A stretch of 64,000 nucleotides of DNA, taken from positions 1-64,000 of the forward strand of contig JBEKIG010000011.1 in the NCBI GenBank assembly GCA_050011875.1, written 5' to 3'. This DNA is from Nitrososphaeria archaeon (lineage in GTDB: Archaea > Thermoproteota > Nitrososphaeria > JACIWG01). Shown piece after piece: positions 10,670 through 19,545 of the stretch. Within the stretch, counting starts at the first letter, position 1. The number at the start of each line of letters is the position of its first letter. The notes under the pieces were generated by a model that had not been told where the DNA came from, made no database searches, and saw nothing but the letters and a program-made list of their open reading frames with translations. The position numbers and the translations under genes are program-made.

Positions 10670-12007
10670 CTAGCTTGAACCTTGAGCTATCGATTGCTGC
10701 AAGTCATAGAGAGCAACCACATACCCCGGCTTTCCTCTCCTGGCCAAGATGGAACCAACCTTGTCCACAAGCGGCAAAGTCGACACAAAACCCCCGAACA
10801 TCCCTGCGACAATGGTGGGAAGTCCGCCCAGCGCTGCCGCGGCACCTCCGAGGACCCCAAGCACCATGGGCAGGTACTTTGCCGTCTTTTCCTTAGTGGT
10901 TACCATTGATTCGATAGCTTTGTTTGCTTCTTTAATCTTATCCGCCACGGCGTCCGCGCTGTCGACCAAAATGTCGGGGTTGCCTTTGTTGACTGCCTCC
11001 TGTAGCCCAAGGAGCGCCCGTCTGGCTCTTGCTGTGTCTGAGGTGATGTCGATTATCTTCTCTGTCCCCACGTCGCGGATGTCCAAGAGGTGGAATTTCT
11101 CTATCAGCTGTTTGGCTATGTCTACGGGGAAAACGGAGAACTCGGGCCCACTGATCCCATAGGACCTATAGAAAGACCAAGGCCAGCTCTTTTCGTCGGT
11201 TGCGAGGACCCCGTCCATCGCGAACGAGGGTATCATGTAAAGGTGGGTTCTCAGCGTGAACAGTCCAGCTGCTTGCGCAAGTTTTGGCAATTTGCTTTGG
11301 ACTACAGCAGGTAGTAGTTCACCATAGCCCGCTCTGGTCAGGTCAAAGTCCCACGAGGTCAGTTGGTAGACCGTTTCAGTCAACGAAATGCCCGCCTCGG
11401 CGGCATAACTTGACCATCCTCGGGAGGGGGCAAGCGCTCTCACGCCTCCGGGGCCTGTCGCAGTCGACCAAGACTCCGAACCCACAAACTCGTTCCAGAA
11501 CCTCATTTTCTCGATGATGTACGGCTTGGAGTTCGCTATGACTGAGTTCACAGAGCGGTTTTGGGTGAAGATGGATGTGTAATTCTCGAAACCGACTTCC
11601 CTGATTTGGAATGAAGGTGGATACTTCTCGAGGATTGGGTCCAGATAGTCGAGGCCAGCGTAGAGGCTGGGTTGAGAATCCAGCATCACGAGCACCTTGC
11701 CCTTCTCCGCCAGCTGGAGCAGCTGATCGACTGACAGCCTGTAGGTTCGTGTGAAAGTGTCTTCATCCGCCGCCATGATCGGAAGGGCTACGGCGTCGTA
11801 AAAGGGAAGCTGAAGGAAGAGGGCGCCATCCAGCCCTCCGTTCAAGGCGTTCGATACAATCTTGGACTCCGTGTTCTGTATGAACTCGGGATAGAACAGC
11901 CTATGTGCGGGGACTTCCTTGAAACCTCCACCCTGAAGACGGAGGAGTGTTTGGTTTACTTGTTCCCACTCTCGCCTATCATACTCTAGCAGGGTCGACG
12001 CGTCCAT
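10670..12007 (-). CDS. Hypothetical protein with a C-terminal Gly/Ala-rich hydrophobic hairpin
   Basis: 445-aa intact ORF, GC-richer than its flanks; no family recognised. Confidence 0.65.
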   Translation of the reverse strand: MDASTLLEYDRREWEQVNQTLLRLQGGGFKEVPAHRLFYPEFIQNTESKIVSNALNGGLDGALFLQLPFYDAVALPIMAADEDTFTRTYRLSVDQLLQLAEKGKVLVMLDSQPSLYAGLDYLDPILEKYPPSFQIREVGFENYTSIFTQNRSVNSVIANSKPYIIEKMRFWNEFVGSESWSTATGPGGVRALAPSRGWSSYAAEAGISLTETVYQLTSWDFDLTRAGYGELLPAVVQSKLPKLAQAAGLFTLRTHLYMIPSFAMDGVLATDEKSWPWSFYRSYGISGPEFSVFPVDIAKQLIEKFHLLDIRDVGTEKIIDITSDTARARRALLGLQEAVNKGNPDILVDSADAVADKIKEANKAIESMVTTKEKTAKYLPMVLGVLGGAAAALGGLPTIVAGMFGGFVSTLPLVDKVGSILARRGKPGYVVALYDLQQSIAQGSS

Positions 12008-12310
12008 ATGAGAGGTCTATGGCTTGGCGGTAATTACGCGTTTAGTTTTACTTTCAATAGAAGTGGTTAGTTCGAGCGTAGGCGCAACAATTCCGAGGTA
12101 TGGCTTTCAATTCCCACTTTGTGGAGCCATATATGTCGGATTTCGGCGCTGGCAACCATTCAACTGGCTAGGATGGCTTCGCTCAAAACGGCAGCCCTCA
12201 TGCTACTGCATTTAACTATATCAGAAACGCCATGCATAACTTAGATTTTTAATATGCTAATCTTTTGGAGCTTTGCGAAGAACGCTCAACACTGCCCAGA
12301 GCCAGAGTAT

Positions 12311-12335
12311 TGGTGGACCGAGCGGGATTTGAACC
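12311..12335 (-). mobile_element. tRNA 3'-end fragment (tRNA-Ala-like, with CCA), probable att-site remnant
   Basis: Minus strand reads GGTTCAAATCCCGCTCGGTCCACCA; remainder of the tRNA absent. Confidence 0.65.
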
Positions 12336-12492
12336 GAATTGGGTTTAAGTCTTCCGTCCAAACAAAATGAGTTGTTCACCTGTTTTGGTATTAATATTTC
12401 TGATGGGTTCTGTTACGTTGACGGGGGGTTAATCGCCCTGTTAAGTGGCGGGTGCTGGCTGGAGTTCTGAATCACGGTTAACCACTAATGTC

Positions 12493-13056
12493 TCATGGAA
12501 CTGCCGTTATCGAGATTGTCACGGTGCCATAGGGGGCAACAGTGCTCTTTACTTGACCATTCCCAATAGCTGTAAGGTTACCGCTGCTGATGTTCATTTT
12601 CTGGACGGTCAAGCTGAGTATAGCTTCCCCATAGGGATTCCAATCTGAGATTAGAATCCAGCCGTTTCCACTACCGTAGTAGCACTTTAGAAATGCTTGA
12701 TTGGCAGTGGTGTTCGAATAGCTGATTGCGGTTGCGTTCCATGTCCCATTGTACTCGACGTTTACTCTGAAGGTATAGAGTGGATTTTCCTGAGTGGCTG
12801 CGGGAGAACATGTGATCATTGCTGAAACTGTGGTTGTAGCTGTAACTGTGCGGATCATTGCAGTTGTTGATATAAGTGAAGTCGTCGTAGTAGTAGATGT
12901 AGTGTTTGACGAGCTTGTGGAAACTATCGAAGTGCTCGCTGAACTTCTGAATGATGCTGGGTTAAAGTAGATGACGCTTCCAACAACTACAGCCGTAACT
13001 ATAAGGGCGACAAAAACTATCTTATAGGAGCTTTTATCGACCGATTGTTTGATCAT
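12493..13056 (-). CDS. Membrane-anchored Ser/Thr-rich secreted protein
   Basis: N-terminal TM helix, poly-S/T linker, small beta-rich C-terminal domain. Confidence 0.7.
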   Translation of the reverse strand: MIKQSVDKSSYKIVFVALIVTAVVVGSVIYFNPASFRSSASTSIVSTSSSNTTSTTTTTSLISTTAMIRTVTATTTVSAMITCSPAATQENPLYTFRVNVEYNGTWNATAISYSNTTANQAFLKCYYGSGNGWILISDWNPYGEAILSLTVQKMNISSGNLTAIGNGQVKSTVAPYGTVTISITAVP

Positions 13057-13263
13057 ACCACTACTCCTTTAGATCAGCTTGAGCTGGTTTGAATTGTTAC
13101 AAAATATATATTTGAGAATGCTTATCTGGCTATATAACGTGCTTGACAAGCAATACGTTTACGGTTCAGCAACCAATTCTACATACCCCAATGAAAGCCT
13201 GAACCTGCTCTTGAAAGATAAAAAAACTAATCTAACTATCGTAATTGAGAAGGATTTAGTCGA

Positions 13264-13463
13264 ATGTGTTGAACCCAAGCCCAATCAGCGGAACTCTGAG
13301 TAGAATAGCCGAAGGAAAACCTTTCCCTCAAATCAGCCTTCTTCAGCCTCTCCTCTCCGTATCCATCCTCGTTCCATGGCGGATTAGCTATGACTTCATC
13401 GAACTGCCTCAATCTGCCGTCTTCTCTGAACCTTGGATAATCCAAGGTGTCTCCATTCTCAAG
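13264..13463 (-). pseudogene. hsdM: Internal fragment of a type I R-M methyltransferase (HsdM)
   Basis: NGDTL..P...FDEVIANPPWN...ADWAWVQH; both ends abruptly truncated. Confidence 0.8.
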
Positions 13464-14256
13464 CAATCACGGTCAGAAGCGCTAGCACCACACCAATCAG
13501 CAATCCGACTGAAGACCACGCAACACCGGCGTCTCTTCGACTGTCACTCCATATCTCTCCTGTAATGAATAGCATGACACCGACGGCCAGACTCAGCGTC
13601 AGCGACAGGAGAACTGGGGAGCTTCCCGCGAGGACCACGCCAATCGGAGCGCCAATCCCGGAGAAAACGCTGGGCAACATCGTCAGGGCAAATATTTGAA
13701 TGGTGCTGGCTCGTGCCTGAACTAATTCACCGGCAATCGATCCGCTCTCCGCGAAGGTTTCCGCTATCATTAGCAGCGCCACCAGGAGCGAGAGGGTAGG
13801 CGAGATAACCATGGCGGCGCCGATTGGCAGGGCCTCTGGTACATTATGGATAGCGATTCCGATGGATATGAGACGGGCCCGTTGCGACCGCTCAGACGTA
13901 GAATCTGATTTGGATTCAGAGTGTTCCTTGCTGCTCTTTTTTTCGTCGCCTTCCTCTTCCTCCCCCTCGTCGACGCCAAATACCCCGAGACCCTTCGCGA
14001 GTCCAATCATCAGTAGGAGACCCAACGCGACGCCCCCAGCAATTATGAAATTGTTCTGGGTGCTTCGCTGAGCCTCAGGGATGAGATCGAGAAAAGCAAC
14101 GCCGAGAATGAAGCCGCCGGAAACGCCGAGGGCCGTCCCTATTGCTGCCTTGCTAACCCGGCGTCTAGCGGCGACCGCTACGGAAGCCGCCGAGAAGGTC
14201 GCAACCACGTCCGCTCCCAGGGCGTATGCAGTGGCAAGAAGAATCGCGGGAATCAA
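13459..14256 (-). CDS. ZIP family metal transporter
   Basis: GFILGVAFLDLIPEA, IAIHNVPEA and AVGVMLFIT motifs; multiple TM helices; GC-rich insert. Confidence 0.8.
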   Translation of the reverse strand: MIPAILLATAYALGADVVATFSAASVAVAARRRVSKAAIGTALGVSGGFILGVAFLDLIPEAQRSTQNNFIIAGGVALGLLLMIGLAKGLGVFGVDEGEEEEGDEKKSSKEHSESKSDSTSERSQRARLISIGIAIHNVPEALPIGAAMVISPTLSLLVALLMIAETFAESGSIAGELVQARASTIQIFALTMLPSVFSGIGAPIGVVLAGSSPVLLSLTLSLAVGVMLFITGEIWSDSRRDAGVAWSSVGLLIGVVLALLTVIA

Positions 14257-14315
14257 TCAAAACCGACTTCCTAAGACTGCATTTTTTCGGAACATATAAA
14301 GGTTCGAATCCCAGA

Positions 14316-14520
14316 GTTGTGAGACTTAAAAAAGAAGGAAGGATTGCTTTCGTTTTGCCTAAATCCTTACTTACTGGTGTGAGCTGGTTCTCAGCCCGAA
14401 GCCTTCTATTAGACGGCTTTCATTTAGAAAATATTGTTGTCAGCTATGATGCAAGGAATGGATACAATTTTTCAGAGTCAACAAGTTTAAGCGAGACACT
14501 TATAACCGGGAGAAAAACTT
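14316..14520 (+). pseudogene. Fragment of a type IIG/Eco57I-like DNA methyltransferase
   Basis: LKKEGRIAFVLPKSLLTGVSWFSARSLL...YNFSESTSLSETLI, the post-NPPY region of N6-adenine MTases; no start or catalytic motif retained. Confidence 0.6.
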
Positions 14521-14565
14521 GGTACAGATCTACTTTTATATTACTGCAGAAATCAGAGGTGCATA

Positions 14566-14889
14566 TTAGATTATCTGTTCAATTATGTGTTTTGAAAGGT
14601 CTTTAACCAATTCAGGAGAAACCGAGTCAACTACATTAACTATTCTCTTGTCCGTTAGAGTATAGAACCTTTTGGTTCCGTCTTTTCTATCCTTTACGAG
14701 CCCGCTATCCTTCAGAATCTTCAGGTGACGTGAAACTACAGGTTGTGGGATTCCGAGATATGGAATTATTTCACATACACATTTTTCTTCTTCCCTTAAA
14801 AAATCGATGATATCGAGTCTTAAGGGATCGGATAGAGCATAAAAGATTTTGGCCCTAAATTTGTTCCCACCTTCCTTCTGGGTTTGCAT
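14566..14889 (-). CDS. arsR: ArsR/SmtB family metalloregulator
   Basis: FYALSDPLRLDII, EKCVCEI metal-binding motif, VSRHLKILKDSGLV; divergent from acr3; likely start ATG 14889. Confidence 0.88.
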   Translation of the reverse strand: MQTQKEGGNKFRAKIFYALSDPLRLDIIDFLREEEKCVCEIIPYLGIPQPVVSRHLKILKDSGLVKDRKDGTKRFYTLTDKRIVNVVDSVSPELVKDLSKHIIEQII

Positions 14890-14907
14890 ATAGAGAATGG
14901 GTTCATA

Positions 14908-14931
14908 ATAATAATATTTAAATATTGTTAT
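14908..14931. promoter_or_regulatory. Palindromic operator/bidirectional TATA between arsR and acr3
   Basis: ATAATAATATTTAAATATTGTTAT: 24-bp palindrome with one mismatched pair and perfect core AATATTTAAATATT. Confidence 0.55.
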
Positions 14932-14962
14932 AGATGTTGCTTTGCCATCTGGGTAAACTCTC

Positions 14963-15987
14963 ATGGAGAATAAGGGAAAGAAAAAATTATCATTTCTCAA
15001 CCGGTTTCTGACGCTCTGGATATTCTTAGCTATGATACTAGGTGTCGGGTTAGGATACGCTTTCCCTCAGATCTCTGCAATAATAGGTTCATTAAGCATT
15101 GGAACCACCTCAATTCCTATCGCAGTAGGGCTGATCTGGATGATGTTCCCTCCTCTGGCGAAGGTCAGATACGAGGAATTGAGGAAGGTTGTAACGGCTA
15201 AAGGCTCAAAGACGATGCTTTCTATGTCGTTGATTTTGAATTGGTTGGTTGGGCCGTTCCTGATGTTCATTTTGGCTTGGGTATTTCTTGCTGATTATCC
15301 TGCTTTCAGAGATGGAATAATTCTCGTAGGTTTGGCAAGGTGCATCGCCATGGTCATCGTCTGGAACGACTTGGCTGGAGGGGACAGCGAGTGGGCTGCG
15401 ATACTTGTTGCCTTGAACTCCATCTTCCAGTCTACATAACCCTCGCAAGCTCTTGGATAGGTGGACAGGGGGCGATAGTGAATATCTCTCTCATAGAAAT
15501 AGCGGAGTCTGTAGCGATATACTTGGGGATACCGTTCTTCGGCGGCATGTTGGCAAGATACTACTTTCTGAGAACGAAGGGAAGGGAATGGTACGACCAT
15601 AAACTGATGCCGAAGCTGAGTCCGACCTCGCTCTTTGCACTTCTGTTTACGATAGTAGTAATGTTCTCCCTTCAGGGGGAATACCTGGTCAAGCTGCCGT
15701 TTGACGTCGTCAGAATAGCGTTGCCTTTAATAGCCTACTTTATACCGATGTTTACACTCTCATTTGCTTTGGGCTACTACGCTAAACTAGACTACAGGAG
15801 GACCACCTCTTTAGCGTTCACTGCAGCAAGCAACAACTTTGAGCTAGCTATCGCAGTTGCAGTCGCTGTCTTCGGCTTATCTTCTCAGGAAGCGTTCGCC
15901 ACAGTAGTTGGGCCTCTGATAGAGGTGCCGGTTATGATAGGTTTAGTAAACGTAGCCATCTGGGCGAGAAAACGCTTTAAAGAATGA
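14963..15987 (+). pseudogene. acr3: Acr3 arsenite efflux transporter, frameshifted by a small internal deletion
   Basis: [36 protein letters not shown] and GPLIEVPVMI motifs; frame break after ALNSIFQ (~15430), where part of a TM segment seems missing. Confidence 0.85.
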
Positions 15988-16061
15988 TTTATCTAAATAT
16001 TCCTATTTTTCAGAAAAATTTAAATATTCAGAATATTATGTTCTGATGTGGTCTTAAATTA

Positions 16062-16301
16062 ATGAGCAAAGATAGTGTAGGATGCTGCAGTATAAACGCG
16101 GTAGTGACCGTGGACGAGAAAGGCCAGATAGTTATACCAAAGGACGTAAGGGAAAAAGCAGGTTTGAAACCGAACGACAAGTTGGCAATCATAGGATGCG
16201 AGCGAGACAACGCAATCTGCTGTATTATAATGATCAAGACAGAGAAGCTGGACAGCTCGGTTAGTAAAACGCTGAGTCCCCTTCTCAAGGATGCTCTATA
16301 G
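16062..16301 (+). CDS. AbrB/MazE/SpoVT-fold protein, HgcC-like (HgcAB-associated family)
   Basis: CC.INAVVTVDEKGQIVIPKDVREKAG...DKLAII...CCIIMIK: AbrB fold with two vicinal Cys pairs. Confidence 0.75.
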   Translation: MSKDSVGCCSINAVVTVDEKGQIVIPKDVREKAGLKPNDKLAIIGCERDNAICCIIMIKTEKLDSSVSKTLSPLLKDAL

Positions 16302-16317
16302 TGGAGAAGTGAGGCAA

Positions 16318-17136
16318 ATGGATAACGATAAGATCAAGAAGATCGTCCGAGAAAATTATGCTGGAGTAGCCAGACGCCAAAGTTCCCCCTGCTGCGGAAC
16401 ACCTTCAAACAGCACAAGCGATAAAGTCAGCAATCGCATCGGCTACAGCAAAGAGGAGCTTGGTTCCGTCCCCGAAGGTTCAAACATGGGTTTAGGATGC
16501 GGCAATCCCACGGCACTCGCATCCTTAAAGGAAGGCGAGGTCGTCCTTGACTTAGGTTCTGGTGGCGGATTCGACTGTTTCCTTGCAGCAAACAGGGTCG
16601 GTGCCAATGGAAAGGTTATCGGAGTCGACATGACACCTGAAATGATAGATAAAGCAAGACGCAACGCCCGAAAAAGCAAGTACAAAAATGTGGAATTCAG
16701 GCTGGGTGAAATAGAGAACCTTCCGGTAGGAGACAACACTGCAGACATAGTTATTTCGAACTGCGTCATAAACCTCTCAGCTGACAAAGAAAAGGTCTTC
16801 AGAGAAGCCTTCCGTGCTCTCAAGCCCGGTGGAAGAATAATGGTGTCCGACATAGTGCTGTTAAAGAAACTTCCAAAGATTATCGAAAAAAACGTAAAAG
16901 CTTATGTCGGATGCGTCTCAGGCGCCATGATGAAAGACGAATATCTGAATCTAATCACGCGGTCAGGCTTCCAGAATGTGAAGGTGATCGGAGAATCACC
17001 TTTTTCTGTTGAAATCATCGCAGATGACGAAACCGTAAAAACTTTTGTGAAAGAATCACGTATGTCTGCTCAGAGGATAAAAAGTCTTAGCGATTCAATT
17101 TTGAGCGTAAACGTCTCAGGAGTAAAACCAAGATAA
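16318..17136 (+). CDS. arsM: Arsenite S-adenosylmethionine methyltransferase
   Basis: PCCG, MGLGCGNP, VLDLGSGGGFDC, ISNCVINL and YVGCVSGA conserved Cys motifs. Confidence 0.92.
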   Translation: MDNDKIKKIVRENYAGVARRQSSPCCGTPSNSTSDKVSNRIGYSKEELGSVPEGSNMGLGCGNPTALASLKEGEVVLDLGSGGGFDCFLAANRVGANGKVIGVDMTPEMIDKARRNARKSKYKNVEFRLGEIENLPVGDNTADIVISNCVINLSADKEKVFREAFRALKPGGRIMVSDIVLLKKLPKIIEKNVKAYVGCVSGAMMKDEYLNLITRSGFQNVKVIGESPFSVEIIADDETVKTFVKESRMSAQRIKSLSDSILSVNVSGVKPR

Positions 17137-17286
17137 GTTGTCATCATATAGAAGTTGCCTAATTCAATTATTTGATCCGTATTTGTTGTCTAAAGGGCTA
17201 TAAATGCTGGATCAGGCTTATCCTGTTCGATTCCCCGATTAATTAAGGCGGAAACCCTGTTAAAATAACTCCAAGCTCAAGAAGAC

Positions 17287-18104
17287 AAGCGATTTAAAGG
17301 ATAAACCGTTCTTTACCCGTGTTTATAGGCTGTTCCCAATTAAACGGTTAAGCACCCATAAATTTATAGCTTATAGCAATACTCTTTAAATTTCTTTAAA
17401 TTTCCTTTAAAAGTCTTTATTTTTCTTTAAGCTGTCCTTTAAAGGCTCTTTAAATGGTCTTTAAACCCTTTACCAAAGCCTTTATGAGTCTTTACCAAAG
17501 CCTTTATGAGTCTTTACCAAAGCCTTTATGAGTCTTTACCAAAGCCTTTATGAGTCTTTACCAAAGCCTTTATGAGTCTTTACCAAAGCCTTTATGAGTC
17601 TTTAGGACTCTTTACCAAAGGCTTTATAGCCTCTTTATCCGCTCTTTATGATCCTTTACTAAAGCCTTTATAGACTCTTTATGAGTCTTTAGGACTCTTT
17701 ACCAAAGGCTTTATAGCCTCTTTATGATTCTTTATATTCCTTTATCTTTCTTTATGTTCTTTTATGATAAAGCTTTATTCCTTTAACCTGCATGAAGCGA
17801 GTTTAAAGACAAACTGTCTTTTAAGCGTGTTTATAGGCACTTCCAAGCTAAACAGCTAAGCGTCTTTAAATCTAAAGGATAAAGGTTCTTTAACGGTCTT
17901 AATCAGCTTCTTAAATTTCTTAAAATTTCTTATATAAGACCCCTATTCCCTTCCTAAAGTTCCTATACAGGACTCCTATTTTCCTGTCCTATTCTCTTAT
18001 TCCCGTTCCTATTCCCTTATTCCCCTATCCACATGAAGTGTTCCTAACAGTTTCCTATTCTTACCCTTTTTTACCATCTGTTCCCAGTTAAACATCTTAA
18101 AGCT
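17287..18104 (+). repeat. Three imperfect ~70-80 bp direct-repeat boxes (17287-17366, 17795-17874, weaker 18036-18104) interleaved with short-motif arrays
   Basis: aagcga-tttaaaggataaaccgttctttacccgtgtttataggctgttcccaattaaacggttaagc vs aagcgagtttaaag-acaaactgtcttttaagcgtgtttataggcacttccaagctaaacagctaagc; third copy shares ttaccc...ctgttcccagttaaac. Confidence 0.7.
17384..17786 (+). repeat. Phased CTTTA array including six exact tandem copies of the 22-mer CTTTACCAAAGCCTTTATGAGT (17468-17599)
   Basis: About 38 CTTTA motifs counted by eye at 8-14 bp spacing (mean about 10.7 bp); non-coding (22 is not a multiple of 3; no ORF in the track). Confidence 0.92.
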
Positions 18105-18572
18105 TCTATCTTCTTATGATTCTGCTCTTTAACTGTATCTCATATCCTTCTGCGATTAATCTCATCGTCCCATTTAGTTCCGATGTTAGATTTCCCTATT
18201 TAAGGCTACGATCAAAGGGAAACCAAAATACGCTTCATTGGAACAAATAAAATCAGATCAGACACAAAACCAAAATCAAGAACAAAAAGAAGTTAAAAGT
18301 TAACGTTTATGAAAGAAGTAATAATAAAAATAGTGATCAATGATAAGTGATTTATCTTTAATCAATATACTCCAATTTTGTTTTCGAGTTGCTCTCTAAT
18401 ATTTTCATTAAAAAATGGTTCATAAATTATTGATTCAGGGATTCTCTCTCGACTTCACCAAATTGGTTAATGTCATAGCTGAAAAAAATATTTAAAAATA
18501 GATTCCATTGTCAATTTCTTTAATTTCTGTTGGAAGCTCTAACAAAAGTCTTAAATAGCATTTGATCTTATT

Positions 18573-19094
18573 TTGAAAGGAAAAAGAATGCATCCGTATG
18601 GTGCGATAATAAATGTCATAGGTAATGATAATCCGAATATAAAGTCTTTGTTAAATGAGGGTTTATGGGGATTTCCTGATGATAAAAGGGGTATTAATAA
18701 GACGAGATGGAATAATCTAGAGGTAGGTACACTCGTGCTTCTGTATGGTGATTTTTTTCAAACTAAGGGGGTTTGGTTTTTGTGCGAGTTTATAGACAAG
18801 TTTGAAAATAGAGAGCCTGTTAAATATTGGATAAAAAATCCATTAGGTTATCCTTGGCAAATTAAACTCAAACCCAAACTGCCATATAATTTTAGTTTAC
18901 AAGACCTAAGAGAAATTTCACCTATTGGTAGAGAAGCATTAGCATTTAGTTTTGGAATAAACATTTTTAAACCTAAAGTGTCCCTTGGGTGGTCAATAAT
19001 TCTATTTGGGGCACCTAATGTGTCCTACAGTTATTCTGCCTTCGAAAGAATAGTTGATGAATTCAATTTTAGAAACGCAAAGATTAGACCATAA
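18573..19094 (+). CDS. EVE/PUA-like domain protein, possibly the truncated N-terminus of a modification-dependent restriction protein
   Basis: GLWGF...TRWNNLEVGTLVLLY...VKYW...YPWQIKL pattern; AT-rich; degraded coding-like DNA follows. Confidence 0.5.
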   Translation: MKGKRMHPYGAIINVIGNDNPNIKSLLNEGLWGFPDDKRGINKTRWNNLEVGTLVLLYGDFFQTKGVWFLCEFIDKFENREPVKYWIKNPLGYPWQIKLKPKLPYNFSLQDLREISPIGREALAFSFGINIFKPKVSLGWSIILFGAPNVSYSYSAFERIVDEFNFRNAKIRP

Positions 19095-19545
19095 AAATGC
19101 TTAAAGGATTTGCTCAGGGAAAAAACCCATCTAATATAAACACAATGATTAATGCCCTCGTTGAGGAATCAACTTAGAGTTTTAAAGAGATAGTTAGTGT
19201 AGTAATATCAGAAATCGAAAAAGGGACATATGATAACCAGTAGAGAATCGCTATTGGATGATAGCCAGAATACAGTTCAAATCACACAACAAAGTTGTCT
19301 ACGCACTGAACACTACTGATTAGAAAGAAATAATAGCGGGAGAAGACATAACTCTACATAAAATAGTCTTGATTAAGCAACAAGTTGAACTTTGTGGTTG
19401 CGGAAGCTTTTTTTCCTACTCACGAGGAATTAGCAGGATATACGTATGAGAACTCTGAGAAATCATATTTAAGGGGATATGATCTGCCCAAAATGCTGAT
19501 CCCATTCTTCGTTAAAGCTGAACTGTTTCTTACGTAAAAAAAGCT

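Noticed and set aside
9447-12335. Complete tRNA genes at 9447-9470 and 12311-12335
   Set aside because: Only the T-arm and 3' acceptor strand are present; upstream sequence cannot form D or anticodon arms
17468-17599. 22-bp repeats as a CRISPR array
   Set aside because: Copies are directly adjacent with no unique spacers, and no cas genes are in the window
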